Source: an uncultured virus (IMG/VR IMGVR_UViG_3300028797_000120)
Lineage: Duplodnaviria > Heunggongvirae > Uroviricota > Caudoviricetes
Strand: one strand, 5' to 3'
Length of the DNA stretch: 64,000 bases
Virus record (IMG/VR): IMGVR_UViG_3300028797_000120
Location: 1 to 64,000 of that record
The notes under the pieces are model-generated. The model ran no database searches and was not told the origin of the DNA. It saw nothing but the letters and a program-made list of their open reading frames with translations. This document shows positions 53,213 through 62,677 of this stretch, piece by piece; within the stretch, counting starts at the first letter, position 1; each line of letters starts with the position of its first letter. The position numbers were made by a program, and so were the translations under genes.

Positions 53213-53528
53213 CGCAGGTCTCCTGTTTTAATCTCCTGTGATCTACGAGATAGGCCATCTCGTGCATGGTTCGCCCCAACAGCCAGTGCTTGCTGAACCC
53301 CGGGTCGGGTTCGTAAGGGAGTCTGTTGTTCCGAAATTCTATGGACAGCCGGACAAGCGCCTTCCGGCGCGTCCCGAACTTGAACCCCTGGACGTACTCC
53401 TTCCTGTGGCGGTCGAGTATACACCACCATATCTTCCCGTCCAGCGCGATGCGCTTGACCGGCTCGAACCTCGACTGCCCGAACCGGACGCACCGACACT
53501 GCGGGTACCTTTGGTCACTCGTCCTCAT
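53199..53528 (-). CDS. Hypothetical protein
   Basis: 109 aa, AAGGAGG RBS. Confidence 0.6.
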   Translation of the reverse strand: MRTSDQRYPQCRCVRFGQSRFEPVKRIALDGKIWWCILDRHRKEYVQGFKFGTRRKALVRLSIEFRNNRLPYEPDPGFSKHWLLGRTMHEMAYLVDHRRLKQETCDEDM

Positions 53529-53600
53529 TGTCTATTTCCTCCTTGATAATCAGTCAGTCTCCTCTACCTCGAAGGTCGCGTTAAGATGAGACGCGCACCT

Positions 53601-53804
53601 TCATCTGAACCTCTTTCCGCTGTCCGTGTCCGTTAACCGGTATCCCTGCCTGAGGTTGGACAGGGCCGTCACCGCACGGTCCCTCTCGGAACCATCCGTT
53701 CCTGCTATCCAGGCCATCAGGTAGTCTTCGTATTCTTTTTTGCTATGGAACGTGAACGACTTCCCGTAAGCGACGATCCCATACTTTTCCCCTTTTCCGC
53801 TCAT
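53601..53804 (-). CDS. Hypothetical protein
   Basis: Start MSGKGEK in ATGA overlap. Confidence 0.5.
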   Translation of the reverse strand: MSGKGEKYGIVAYGKSFTFHSKKEYEDYLMAWIAGTDGSERDRAVTALSNLRQGYRLTDTDSGKRFR

Positions 53805-54079
53805 GCACGTCTCCCAGGCCTCTTTTTCAGATATTCTCTCTCCACATCGTCTGTCTCTAAGCGGAGCATGTCCCATAAGCCGTCCATGTCAACGCACAAG
53901 CCAAGCTCATCGTTCATCGTCGCGTTGTCCTCAAGGAACCTTCCCCATGTTCCGGCAATCATCATGTCCGCTATCAGCTTGAAAGCAGGCCTAGTCTCAG
54001 GGGACGCGTCATCGTACACGGACCTCTTAGCGAACTTTACCCATTCGATGTCATTCTCGTTCTCTGTCATCATCCACAT
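53801..54079 (-). CDS. Hypothetical protein
   Basis: 92-aa ORF in a packed operon. Confidence 0.55.
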   Translation of the reverse strand: MWMMTENENDIEWVKFAKRSVYDDASPETRPAFKLIADMMIAGTWGRFLEDNATMNDELGLCVDMDGLWDMLRLETDDVEREYLKKRPGRRA

Positions 54080-54081
54080 GA

Positions 54082-54345
54082 CTAATCCTCTTCGTCTTCT
54101 TTTTTTTCCCCTCCCTCCGATACGGGCACGGACTTGACCGGCCGGTATTCCCAGCCGCCCCTGCGGTCCTGAACGAACACCACCGTGTCGTCCTCGACCT
54201 GGATGTCAAGGTCGTCCCAGTCGCAGAGCGGCGCGGCGTTGGCGATCTTTAACGCCTTATCCTCGGCCTCTTCCGTGGATCCCGCCTCGACCTCAACTAG
54301 TTTCTCCAACAGTTTCGTAAGCGTCACCGTGTATTCGAACGCCAT
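54082..54345 (-). CDS. DpnD/PcfM-like small protein
   Basis: FEYTVTLTKLLEKLVEVEAGSTEEAEDKA pattern. Confidence 0.55.
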   Translation of the reverse strand: MAFEYTVTLTKLLEKLVEVEAGSTEEAEDKALKIANAAPLCDWDDLDIQVEDDTVVFVQDRRGGWEYRPVKSVPVSEGGEKKEDEED

Positions 54346-54392
54346 ATCCTTCTCCTTTTCCTATTCCGCTTCATCCACCTCATAGGTGGTGT

Positions 54393-54824
54393 TCAGGTTT
54401 GAAGCTTGTTCCACCTCGCCACAGCCTCTTGATCCGTAATTGCCCAGGTTTCGGTCTGCGGACTATAGCGACACTTCTGGCAGCGCACATAAGAGCCGCC
54501 GTCATACGTCGGATGCACGATCCTTGCCCCGTCCTCGCCGCACCTTGGGCACGGCAGGGGGATTACAGGCTCGGAAGCGATCGTCTGGTGGACGGGTGAT
54601 GGCCGGACGGAAATGCGGGGCTCGCCGTCGTCGTCGCTCGCCTCGAACCCGTCAGTCCACACGCACACTTCACCCGAGTCAACGAGGCCGCGTATTTTCT
54701 GCGCGGCCTCCTTCTTACTCCAGGCGTCAACGTCGTAGACCTTCTTGACGGTCCACCTTACCTCAACTTCGTATCTCTTCAGATGTCCTTGTTCGTCGGT
54801 GCCAAGCGTAATGTATCTGCTCAT
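54393..54824 (-). CDS. DpnD/PcfM-like domain fused to a Lar-family (restriction alleviation-like) zinc finger
   Basis: YEVEVRWTVKKVYDVDAWSKKEA then PLPCPRCG..YVRCQKC..EAVARWN. Confidence 0.6.
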   Translation of the reverse strand: MSRYITLGTDEQGHLKRYEVEVRWTVKKVYDVDAWSKKEAAQKIRGLVDSGEVCVWTDGFEASDDDGEPRISVRPSPVHQTIASEPVIPLPCPRCGEDGARIVHPTYDGGSYVRCQKCRYSPQTETWAITDQEAVARWNKLQT

Positions 54825-54880
54825 GGCGATACCTCATTTCCCTCAGTATCACTTTCGTCTTTGTCGTCGACGCGTATTTC

Positions 54881-55180
54881 TTATACGAAATTTCCCCAGT
54901 CTTTGAGCGCGCCGACCCTGTCCCAGTCCCTTATCGGGTTGTCGTCACACCTGACACCGAGCGCGTAGAGAAGCGCTCCGTCGATCGTGTCGAATGATTC
55001 GATGAACACGTCCTTCCCCGTTGATGAGTCCACGACTTCGAACTTGCCATTGACCGACAGGTTTGGCGGCAGGATCCACACTCCGATTTTCGGCTTACGA
55101 AGCAGGCATCCGGCACGGATAACCCGTTCGGACTCCGTCATCTCTTTGGCGTTCTGTACAAACGTTATCTTCATACCCAC
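54881..55180 (-). CDS. Hypothetical protein
   Basis: 99-aa ORF. Confidence 0.55.
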   Translation of the reverse strand: MGMKITFVQNAKEMTESERVIRAGCLLRKPKIGVWILPPNLSVNGKFEVVDSSTGKDVFIESFDTIDGALLYALGVRCDDNPIRDWDRVGALKDWGNFV

Positions 55181-55253
55181 GTCCTTTCCTTATAGTGAAC
55201 AATGGTTCTCCCACACCACGGTGGATTTCTCCGGGTTCACTTTGACCCGAAGC

Positions 55254-55604
55254 TCAACCGAGTACCGGCTTCGGCAGTGTTACACACAGCTGAATGACGG
55301 ATTCTCCGTTTAGGACGATCGATCCGTTCGTCAGAACGGGCGTCGGTTCGATGACGCGAATTTCCGGCGTAAGATTCAGTAGAGCTTCGCCGTCGAGAAT
55401 GCGCGAGCGCTTGAGTTTTTGGTGCAGTTCGCTCCCGAGCTTCGCCCGGATGCTCGTCGTCACGTAAGAATTGTCGTTCACGCAAAGCATGACAGGCGAG
55501 CAAATAGCGGGCAAGACGCTTCGTAGCGTGAGTCTGCCCTCTTTCTTTAGGTTAAGCGTCACCGACTCGGTGTTAGCCGGTATGTCCAGATCGATCTTCT
55601 GCAT
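55254..55604 (-). CDS. Hypothetical protein, tandem duplicate A
   Basis: Near-identical to 55615..55986 including the RBS region. Confidence 0.65.
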   Translation of the reverse strand: MQKIDLDIPANTESVTLNLKKEGRLTLRSVLPAICSPVMLCVNDNSYVTTSIRAKLGSELHQKLKRSRILDGEALLNLTPEIRVIEPTPVLTNGSIVLNGESVIQLCVTLPKPVLG

Positions 55605-55614
55605 TGTCTTCTCC

Positions 55615-55986
55615 TCATCTTACTTCTGTTTCCTGCACGTTCCTTCCGCGAGAGCGGCAGTCCACCTTCGGCGGCGTCACACATAGCTGAAGGACGATCG
55701 ATCCGTTCAGCACGATGATGCTGATTTCTGGCGCGAGGTTCAGGATAGCTTCGCCCTCGAGGATGCGCGAGCGCTCGAGGATGCGCGAGCGCTCAAGCTT
55801 TTTGAGCAGGTCGCTCCCGCTCTTAGCCCGGATACTCGTCGTCACGTAAGACTCGTAGTTCACGCAGAGCATGACAGGCGAATGAATAGCGGGCAAGACG
55901 CTTCGCAGCGTGAGTCTGCCCTCTTTCTTTAGGTTCGGCGTTACCGATTCGGTGTTCGCCGGAATATCCAGATCAATCTTCTGCAT
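55615..55986 (-). CDS. Hypothetical protein, tandem duplicate B
   Basis: Shared MQKIDLDIPANTESVT start; internal LERSRI duplication. Confidence 0.65.
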   Translation of the reverse strand: MQKIDLDIPANTESVTPNLKKEGRLTLRSVLPAIHSPVMLCVNYESYVTTSIRAKSGSDLLKKLERSRILERSRILEGEAILNLAPEISIIVLNGSIVLQLCVTPPKVDCRSRGRNVQETEVR

Positions 55987-56257
55987 TGTCTTCTCCTTGT
56001 TTCACTTCGGTTTCGGTTTCGTGAACGCTCCAGACAATGCACCCGCCGTCCGGGAGAACCAGTATGGCGTCGTCGTCCGTGTCGAACGGCGTCGTGTTTT
56101 CGTCCGGCGGCGAGTGCAGGTCCCGCTCGATATACTCTTCCTTGAAGTCGTCCACCATCGCGGAATGGGCATGGTCCCCATGCAGGAACGTGTAGCAGGC
56201 CGACCGTACGTAACCGTACTGGTTGAGCCAGATCTTTTCCAGAACCCACACTCTCAT
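55973..56257 (-). CDS. Hypothetical protein
   Basis: 94 aa, GGAGG RBS. Confidence 0.55.
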   Translation of the reverse strand: MRVWVLEKIWLNQYGYVRSACYTFLHGDHAHSAMVDDFKEEYIERDLHSPPDENTTPFDTDDDAILVLPDGGCIVWSVHETETEVKQGEDNAED

Positions 56258-56282
56258 CTGACCTCCGTCCTCACTGTAAGTT

Positions 56283-57260
56283 TCATTTCAGTTCGTCCTT
56301 GTCCCTGATGATGTTTTCGCTGCGTATGGTGTCGTGGCTGAACACGTCCCAGAGCCGCTCGCCGTCCCCGACGAACGCGTTGTAGGCGCTGTTCCAGTGA
56401 CGGTACACCTTGGCCTCGGAGAGGTCCTGCGTCCATGAGGCGCGAACCTTTCTGCCGTTTATGACGTCTGACTCGCGGCATAGGTACAGCTTCGTCTCTG
56501 GGTGCACGATCACCAGCTCGGGTATCGTCCACTCGTCCCCGACGAAACGCCCCGTGGCGTCGAACACGTCCGTGTCCTCGTTTTTCGAGAAGCCGATGTC
56601 GTCGACGGAGTCAACGTAGTACCCGCCGCACGAGTCGCCGTCCTCCCAGTCGCAGTCGTCGAACTCCCGCCCGTCGGGATAGACCCGCTTGAACGGGACG
56701 CGAGTCTCTTCGCGATACCAGAAGCACTCGCCGTCCAGATACTTCTGGAACAGCTCGAGCTCGCCTTCCGCCAATTTCCACAGATACCGCCTGAACTCCG
56801 TTTCGTCCTTGGCCTCTCGTCTGGACTTCGTTTCCTCGTCGTATAGCTCCATCCAGGGTCCGCACATCTTCTCGAAGCGCTCCCTGTCAGTCCACATATA
56901 CGCCGCGTTCCTGGTAGTGTCCCAGCCGCCGGGATCGCACGGGAACTCCCGTATCGACCCCATGCTGAGCGCGATCCCGGAGTGGATGTACGCGGAGACC
57001 GGGAACGCGACGACGCCTTCGCGGAATCCATACTCTCCCGTCCCATAGCCGTCCTCGTCCTCGATTTCGACGAGCGGGCTGACGTAATCCTTCCGCCGCT
57101 CGTTGCCGCAGAACTCCCTCGGGATGTTCGAGTGAAGCAGGAACACCTGGTCGTAATCGATGAGCGGGTTTGGGCCGTCGCGGTCCCAGTCGATGATGAC
57201 GTGCGTTGACGCCTTGCTGGAGTCGCGCTCGTCAAGCGCCAGCACTTTTTTCTTGATCAT
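56283..57260 (-). CDS. Conserved-looking acidic phage protein of unknown function
   Basis: 325 aa; YIHSGIALS..GGWD, YLDGECF, DSCGGYY motifs. Confidence 0.7.
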   Translation of the reverse strand: MIKKKVLALDERDSSKASTHVIIDWDRDGPNPLIDYDQVFLLHSNIPREFCGNERRKDYVSPLVEIEDEDGYGTGEYGFREGVVAFPVSAYIHSGIALSMGSIREFPCDPGGWDTTRNAAYMWTDRERFEKMCGPWMELYDEETKSRREAKDETEFRRYLWKLAEGELELFQKYLDGECFWYREETRVPFKRVYPDGREFDDCDWEDGDSCGGYYVDSVDDIGFSKNEDTDVFDATGRFVGDEWTIPELVIVHPETKLYLCRESDVINGRKVRASWTQDLSEAKVYRHWNSAYNAFVGDGERLWDVFSHDTIRSENIIRDKDELK

Positions 57261-57727
57261 TGTAGAACTTCTCCGTCTTGTCCACCCCCGAACGCTTCGT
57301 CCGCCTTTCCGTGCACCCTGTCCTGTAGCGTGGACTTCACGTACTCAAGCACCTCAGGCGGGACGTCGGATTTCACAATCTCGTCCGCTTCCAGACTCGA
57401 TTCGCCGGTCGCAAGCAAGACCGCGACATTCCAGTGGTGGTGATTGCATCCGACAAGGGTCCATCCGTTTGTCATTCCGATCTTCCCATCTTTCGTGCGG
57501 ACGAGCACGTCCTTTTCCCACTCGAACGCATCGAGTCGGCGGAGGTCCACGTCTTCCAGCAGAAATATTTCGAAGGGCACATATTCGCGGTCCTCTTTGT
57601 AGTCGTCTCCGTAGCGGTCCTTGAGACACGCCTCGAAGCGGTCGTACACTTTCCTCGCACGCTTAATTTCATCGTCCGTCGGGCGTTTTAAGCACGTCCC
57701 AACCCTCAGCTTCTCAAACATCTTCAT
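57257..57727 (-). CDS. Hypothetical protein
   Basis: 156 aa, ATGA-coupled. Confidence 0.6.
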   Translation of the reverse strand: MKMFEKLRVGTCLKRPTDDEIKRARKVYDRFEACLKDRYGDDYKEDREYVPFEIFLLEDVDLRRLDAFEWEKDVLVRTKDGKIGMTNGWTLVGCNHHHWNVAVLLATGESSLEADEIVKSDVPPEVLEYVKSTLQDRVHGKADEAFGGGQDGEVLQ

Positions 57728-57942
57728 TCCTTGTCTCCTTCTTTATTCCTGTAATACTCCTCGACCACTCTCGCGATCTTTTCGGATTCTTCCCGCTCTG
57801 GGCGGTTGACGAATTTTCTCCCGCACCTAGGGCAAAACCTCGGATCCTTCCCCATGTCGCTGACAGCCGTGCGGCAATCCCTGCAGGCGCGTATGATACG
57901 AATGCGCCCCCTGCCGATTCCTTCCACGTCGATGATCTTCAT
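57724..57942 (-). CDS. Zinc-ribbon protein
   Basis: CRDC...FCPRCG. Confidence 0.6.
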   Translation of the reverse strand: MKIIDVEGIGRGRIRIIRACRDCRTAVSDMGKDPRFCPRCGRKFVNRPEREESEKIARVVEEYYRNKEGDKE

Positions 57943-58355
57943 TCCGCTCCTTCTTTATCCTCTGTGGCAAAAAGCCACTTCAGCACATCAACATAAAGAT
58001 TCAGGAACCCAACCCTTTCTCTGTGAGCATCCTCAAAAGCACTGCTTGCCTCTTTCCATGTCGCAAACTTGTCGCAGTTCCTCGACGGTTTGGAGAGGGC
58101 GTAAGACGCCCAGTTCTCGATCCAGTCAATCGCGTCTCGCACGCACGGCACGACATTTGGATTCCTCTCTCTCAATTCTGCGATTTTATCAAGAATCCAA
58201 GACAGCGCCTCGCGCATCGCCGCGGCGTTGCAAACGGGCGGATGTTCTTGATACGTCGGTGAGTTGCATCCGTTCGGCTCACCGTAGTATTCGCAGTATG
58301 TCGGCTCGATCTCGCCATCAGCGCATTTGATGCAGGTCTCTTTCCAGTCTTTCAT
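57939..58355 (-). CDS. Hypothetical protein
   Basis: 138 aa, AAGGAGG RBS. Confidence 0.6.
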   Translation of the reverse strand: MKDWKETCIKCADGEIEPTYCEYYGEPNGCNSPTYQEHPPVCNAAAMREALSWILDKIAELRERNPNVVPCVRDAIDWIENWASYALSKPSRNCDKFATWKEASSAFEDAHRERVGFLNLYVDVLKWLFATEDKEGAE

Positions 58356-58393
58356 TCAACGCCTCCTTCCTCATTCCCTATAGCTTTTCCATC

Positions 58394-59287
58394 CTAGCCC
58401 TCCGCCTCAACGATTTTGCCGCATTTCATTGTGTACCACGTGTCTGCCTTGTACTTTTCGCCGTCGATGCACACCATCTTCGCACCGCAAAGATACCAGT
58501 TGTAGTTGGGCACATCATTTCGCCAGTCAGCGAGGACGATATGAGAACCTTTCACGCCCCTGGCCTTGCCGTGGACGCCCCATGCGACGGCAATAGCGGT
58601 TTCGTTTTCTGCGCTTGCTTCGGAGTTGTAGCCTGTTGCGCTTGCGGCGGAGCGGACGCCCGTTGCGCTTGCGACGGAGTAGTCGCCCGTTACGCTTGCG
58701 GCGGAGCAGTCGCCAGCTGCGCTTGCGACGGAATTATAGTCAGTTGTGCTTGCGGCGGAGCACTCGCCCGTTACGCTTGCGGCAGAGTAGTGGCACATTG
58801 CGCTTGCGGCGGAGCACCTGCCCGTTGCGCTTGCAACGGAGTGATGGCCTGTTGCGCTTGCAACGGAGTGATGGCCTGTTGCGCTTGCAACGGAGTGATG
58901 GCCTGTTGCGCTTGCTGCGGAGCGGACGCCATTTACGCTTGCGAAACCATGATCTTCATAAGCTTTCGCCTCTGGCTTGACCCGCGCAATCGTGTAGTCG
59001 ATAGCGGCCTTGACCAGCCCGGCGAATGTCAGCCGCGCTCCGATAGTGATCTTCGTCGCTGCAATCTTCGAATCTCCACCATTATGGTCGATGTCGCCTC
59101 CCATCTCAACTTCATGATACACCGACTCGTCGTACAGACAATAATAATACAGGCAATCAAGCGGGTTTTCGCAAGCATGAAAACCCTCTCTACAACAACT
59201 GGCTCTGTCCGTCTCGTATGACTTGCCCTCCTCGTACTGGAATCCGCGGCAGGTCATATCCTTATTGAAACCCTTATAGGCCTTCAT
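58394..59287 (-). CDS. DUF7666-like protein with ~12 nine-residue beta-solenoid repeats
   Basis: MKAYKGFNKDMTCRGFQYEEG..GFHACENPLD N-domain; SATGxxSAA repeats; IDGEKYKADTWY C-cap. Confidence 0.75.
   Translation of the reverse strand: MKAYKGFNKDMTCRGFQYEEGKSYETDRASCCREGFHACENPLDCLYYYCLYDESVYHEVEMGGDIDHNGGDSKIAATKITIGARLTFAGLVKAAIDYTIARVKPEAKAYEDHGFASVNGVRSAASATGHHSVASATGHHSVASATGHHSVASATGRCSAASAMCHYSAASVTGECSAASTTDYNSVASAAGDCSAASVTGDYSVASATGVRSAASATGYNSEASAENETAIAVAWGVHGKARGVKGSHIVLADWRNDVPNYNWYLCGAKMVCIDGEKYKADTWYTMKCGKIVEAEG
58605..58945. repeat. 27-bp degenerate tandem coding repeat
   Basis: Three identical units GTTGCGCTTGCAACGGAGTGATGGCCT plus degenerate flanking copies. Confidence 0.85.
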
Positions 59288-60263
59288 CCCAATCCTCCAC
59301 CCTAACGATTTTCCCGTCACGCAGAGCATACCACGTGTCGGGCTTGTACTCAGACCCGTCGATCCGTATCGCCTTAACTCCGAGGACGTTATGTTCGACA
59401 TCGCGCTCGGTCAGCACAAGCCAGCATCCTATCGCACCGCGCGCCATGCAGTTGGCGCCCAGGACGGCAGCTATGGCGTTCTTACCTTTTACCTCTGCGT
59501 TTGATAAGTCTCCGGTAGCCGCTGCGTTTGATAAGTCTCCAGAAGCCGATGCATGTGATTCGACCCCGGAAGTCGTTGCGTTCGACTCGTCTCCTGAAGT
59601 CGCGGCGTGCGCTCTGTCACCCGAAGTCGCTGCGTTTGCGTTGTGTCCAGAAGTAGCGGCGCCTGCGCTGCCTCCAGCAGTCGCGGCGTTTGAGCCATCT
59701 CCCGAAGTCGCGGCGTGTGCGAAGGCTCCGGATGTCGCGGCGTGTGCGAAGGCTCCGGATGTCGCGGCGTGTGCGAAGGCTCCGGATGTCGCGGCGTGTG
59801 CGCTGCCTCCAGCAGTCGCGGCGTTTGAGCCTTCTCCCGAAGTCGCGGCGTTTGCGCAGACACCGGAAGTCGCGGCGTATGCGAAGTCTCCGGATGTCGC
59901 GGCGTGTGCTAAGGCTCCCGAAGTCGCGACGTGTTCATGGCCTACAGGAGAAGCATTTGCTTTATTTAACACAAAGCTGGTTCCAGCCTTGACCATGTCA
60001 GCCATAGTCATCCTGGGGCCGATTTTGATTCTGGTCGATGCTACCTTCGTCCCTCCTTTTTCGCTGACGATTTCGCCGTCAAGCTCGACCTCGTGATAAA
60101 CGGATTCGCCCGGTTGGTAGTAGAAAAAACAGTCCAACGGGTTCTCACATGCGTGGAACCCGCATTCACAAATTTCAGCCAGGTCCGTCTCGTACGACCC
60201 GCCTTCCTCGTACTGGAAGCCGCGGCAGGTCATATCCTTATTGAAACCTTTATAAGCCTTCAT
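59274..60263 (-). CDS. DUF7666-like protein with ~16 nine-residue repeats, paralogue of 58394..59287
   Basis: Same N-domain and C-cap; ATSGxxAxA repeats. Confidence 0.75.
   Translation of the reverse strand: MKAYKGFNKDMTCRGFQYEEGGSYETDLAEICECGFHACENPLDCFFYYQPGESVYHEVELDGEIVSEKGGTKVASTRIKIGPRMTMADMVKAGTSFVLNKANASPVGHEHVATSGALAHAATSGDFAYAATSGVCANAATSGEGSNAATAGGSAHAATSGAFAHAATSGAFAHAATSGAFAHAATSGDGSNAATAGGSAGAATSGHNANAATSGDRAHAATSGDESNATTSGVESHASASGDLSNAAATGDLSNAEVKGKNAIAAVLGANCMARGAIGCWLVLTERDVEHNVLGVKAIRIDGSEYKPDTWYALRDGKIVRVEDWDEGL
59495..59930. repeat. 27-bp degenerate tandem coding repeat
   Basis: Three identical units GTCGCGGCGTGTGCGAAGGCTCCGGAT plus degenerate copies. Confidence 0.85.
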
Positions 60264-60285
60264 CCCTAATTCCACCCTTTTAACC

Positions 60286-60546
60286 CTAGCACAACATGGC
60301 GTTGGGGTCGTTCTTGACCAGCCTCACGATCTCACGGCACAGGCAGAACCGCTCGTCCTGCTCCGTGTGCAGTTTATCGTAGTTCCCTTCATCAAACTCG
60401 ACGCCCGCGTTCATGAGGCGGCGCTGAAGGAAATCGACATACCTGTCGCGCGCCCGATCATACCTGATAAAACGGTCGACCAGCTCCCGCAGGAGCTGGC
60501 CTTCCGTCATTTCACCGATGTCCTTAACCTTTCTGTCCATTGACAC
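60286..60546 (-). CDS. Hypothetical protein
   Basis: 86 aa, GGAGG RBS. Confidence 0.55.
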   Translation of the reverse strand: MSMDRKVKDIGEMTEGQLLRELVDRFIRYDRARDRYVDFLQRRLMNAGVEFDEGNYDKLHTEQDERFCLCREIVRLVKNDPNAMLC

Positions 60547-60934
60547 TTAGCACCTCCGTCTTGTAGACGGTCCAGACAATCTCCCTGTCAGAACCGGTGT
60601 ACCTGTACATCCTCACGCCGACGCTGGAACTCTCCGGTCTTGACAGCGTCTTCCGGACCTCAGTCCTGATGTCGCTATCGGAGTAGCTCATGCCATAATA
60701 GTTCTCGCGGACTCTGTTTGTTACCATCTGCCTGAGCATCCTTTCGCAGGACTTCCTGTCATCCAGCACGACAGCCGTTGCGTTCAGATGTCCTGGAATT
60801 GATTCAGCTCCATAGCACGTCAGTCTGAACAACTCGCTGACAACCCAGACTTTTCCCATGGCCGAACACTCGGATGCATGACCGTTCTGTCTTACGAAAA
60901 CCCTCTTACCGCATGGATCAAATCCAACGATCAT
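60524..60934 (-). CDS. Hypothetical protein
   Basis: 136-aa ORF, ATGA-coupled. Confidence 0.55.
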   Translation of the reverse strand: MIVGFDPCGKRVFVRQNGHASECSAMGKVWVVSELFRLTCYGAESIPGHLNATAVVLDDRKSCERMLRQMVTNRVRENYYGMSYSDSDIRTEVRKTLSRPESSSVGVRMYRYTGSDREIVWTVYKTEVLSVNGQKG

Positions 60935-61461
60935 TCTTGTTTCCTCCTCCTGACCGGAGCGACACAGTCCCAGACCTCACCATCGGAACCGAGAAGATAG
61001 TACCTCTTCTTAAAGTCCGAAGGCCATCCCGCAAGAGCAAGGGCTGGCATCACGAAGCTCCTCAGGTCGCCCGAGGCGAACACCTTCTTTGAGAACGGAA
61101 GAAGATAACGGGACGTGCCACTCGATGACAGCGAAACGCCGTTTGAAAGGCCTGTGTCATTTACGCGCAGCGTCCTTCCGCTTAACGTTATTACGGAAAC
61201 CGCACCGTCGGCACGGTTCCCGTAAACGTCACAACCGAGAGACCCGTCGTGATCATTAACGAATCCGATTGAGACAACGCCTATTCCGGGACGGTAGAAC
61301 AGATATCGCCCCTCGTACCTGTAACGGTTGCATGGGACATATCCGTCCGCGCACACTGTCGGCATGTTCTTCTTGAAAGCCCTCTTGACCTTGTCAGTCC
61401 ACACGCAACCGTCCGGCCCGCCTTCATTCTTCTCCGTATTCGGAATCATCCCTCTCTTCAT
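60931..61461 (-). CDS. Hypothetical protein
   Basis: 176 aa, GGAGG RBS. Confidence 0.55.
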   Translation of the reverse strand: MKRGMIPNTEKNEGGPDGCVWTDKVKRAFKKNMPTVCADGYVPCNRYRYEGRYLFYRPGIGVVSIGFVNDHDGSLGCDVYGNRADGAVSVITLSGRTLRVNDTGLSNGVSLSSSGTSRYLLPFSKKVFASGDLRSFVMPALALAGWPSDFKKRYYLLGSDGEVWDCVAPVRRRKQE

Positions 61462-61792
61462 ACCCTCCTACTCCATTCTTCTTATCCATGTCCAGAGTCA
61501 CCCTCATCTCATGAGGGGAACCTATCCCAAGATAGTTCGGCGAGTAGTCATCGTCGCCTGACCACATCATGATGTTTGCGTGGGACGCATGCCATCCTTT
61601 CCCCAGGTTCTTGGCCTGGCGGATGATCTCCTCCGCGTCAGCGATTATATCCGGATAGACCAATTGGTCTCCAATCCTGATATTGACAAAAACGGTTATA
61701 TTCCATGACGAACCGCCGCACCTCCTCTCGATGTGTATGTTTCTTATTCTATCGCGCGGTATACCCTTGTTCTTTTTCTTGCCTGAGCTCAT
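61424..61792 (-). CDS. Hypothetical protein
   Basis: Probable start MSSGKK behind AAGGAGG. Confidence 0.55.
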   Translation of the reverse strand: MSSGKKKNKGIPRDRIRNIHIERRCGGSSWNITVFVNIRIGDQLVYPDIIADAEEIIRQAKNLGKGWHASHANIMMWSGDDDYSPNYLGIGSPHEMRVTLDMDKKNGVGGYEERDDSEYGEE

Positions 61793-61946
61793 TTTTCCTC
61801 CTTGGAATCGTTCGGCACCCACTCCGAAAGCTTATCGGAGAGGGTCGTCTCCTTCCGTTTCCTGCACACAGAGCCGATCGCATATCCGATCGCTACCGAG
61901 AAACTCCACACAATAACGCTCACCGCAAACACATCAACACCGTTCA

Positions 61947-62432
61947 TCATTCTCCCTCCCATATACGCCTTCTAGTCGTAACGCTCAGCATAGAGCGCCT
62001 CGTGCCGTCTTCGTACTTTTCGGATTCGACAAGATACTCGTCATAACCATCGTCCCTTCCGACGGACATACTTGACCCGTCCTCAAGATATGGCGCCAGT
62101 TCGGACATCGCGTCTTCCATGACTGAGCTCCAGCTGTATGATCCCCTGAATTCGCTCCGGTATGTCTCCCATCCTCCGTCGCATTCGTTATCGTACCTGC
62201 ACGAACCCTGGTGAAAGGCGAGTATGCACTTTATCATGCCCTCAAGCGTGTCGGTGTCGATACCGTTCTTGCGGCACTCTTCCCGGCACCAGCAGACATT
62301 TCCGAAACTGCCTTTCGGTCCGTACCTGGATTCCTTTTTCTCCATCCATTTCCGCAGGGAATCCCTCGCCTCATCGCGCTTCCCTTCCCTGAACTTAATG
62401 TCAAGGCATACGCTGTAGTTGTCTCCCATCAC
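61947..62432 (-). CDS. Hypothetical protein
   Basis: 161-aa ORF, GTGA-coupled. Confidence 0.6.
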   Translation of the reverse strand: MMGDNYSVCLDIKFREGKRDEARDSLRKWMEKKESRYGPKGSFGNVCWCREECRKNGIDTDTLEGMIKCILAFHQGSCRYDNECDGGWETYRSEFRGSYSWSSVMEDAMSELAPYLEDGSSMSVGRDDGYDEYLVESEKYEDGTRRSMLSVTTRRRIWEGE

Positions 62433-62677
62433 TTCCCCTTTCTTGACGCTCTCCTCTTTCTGGCGTTCGTGACCTTCACCTTAACCCTTACCCTCTTGAC
62501 CCGGGCTCCGCAATCATCTCCTTCGGCGATATATTCACCGGCCTCTTCGACCGTGTCGAAACGGTCAGCAGTCTGAGGGTCTCCCCAGCAATCGACGACA
62601 GCGCCGTCCTCGAACGTACGCCAGTACGTGCCCGGGACGCTGCTTATGACGAAGAACTCGTCCGTATCGATCTTCAT
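62429..62677 (-). CDS. Hypothetical protein
   Basis: 82 aa, ATGA-coupled. Confidence 0.55.
   Translation of the reverse strand: MKIDTDEFFVISSVPGTYWRTFEDGAVVDCWGDPQTADRFDTVEEAGEYIAEGDDCGARVKRVRVKVKVTNARKRRASRKGK

Noticed and set aside
58605..59930. 27-bp repeats as a CRISPR array
   Set aside because: Contiguous in-frame coding repeats without unique spacers; no cas genes seen
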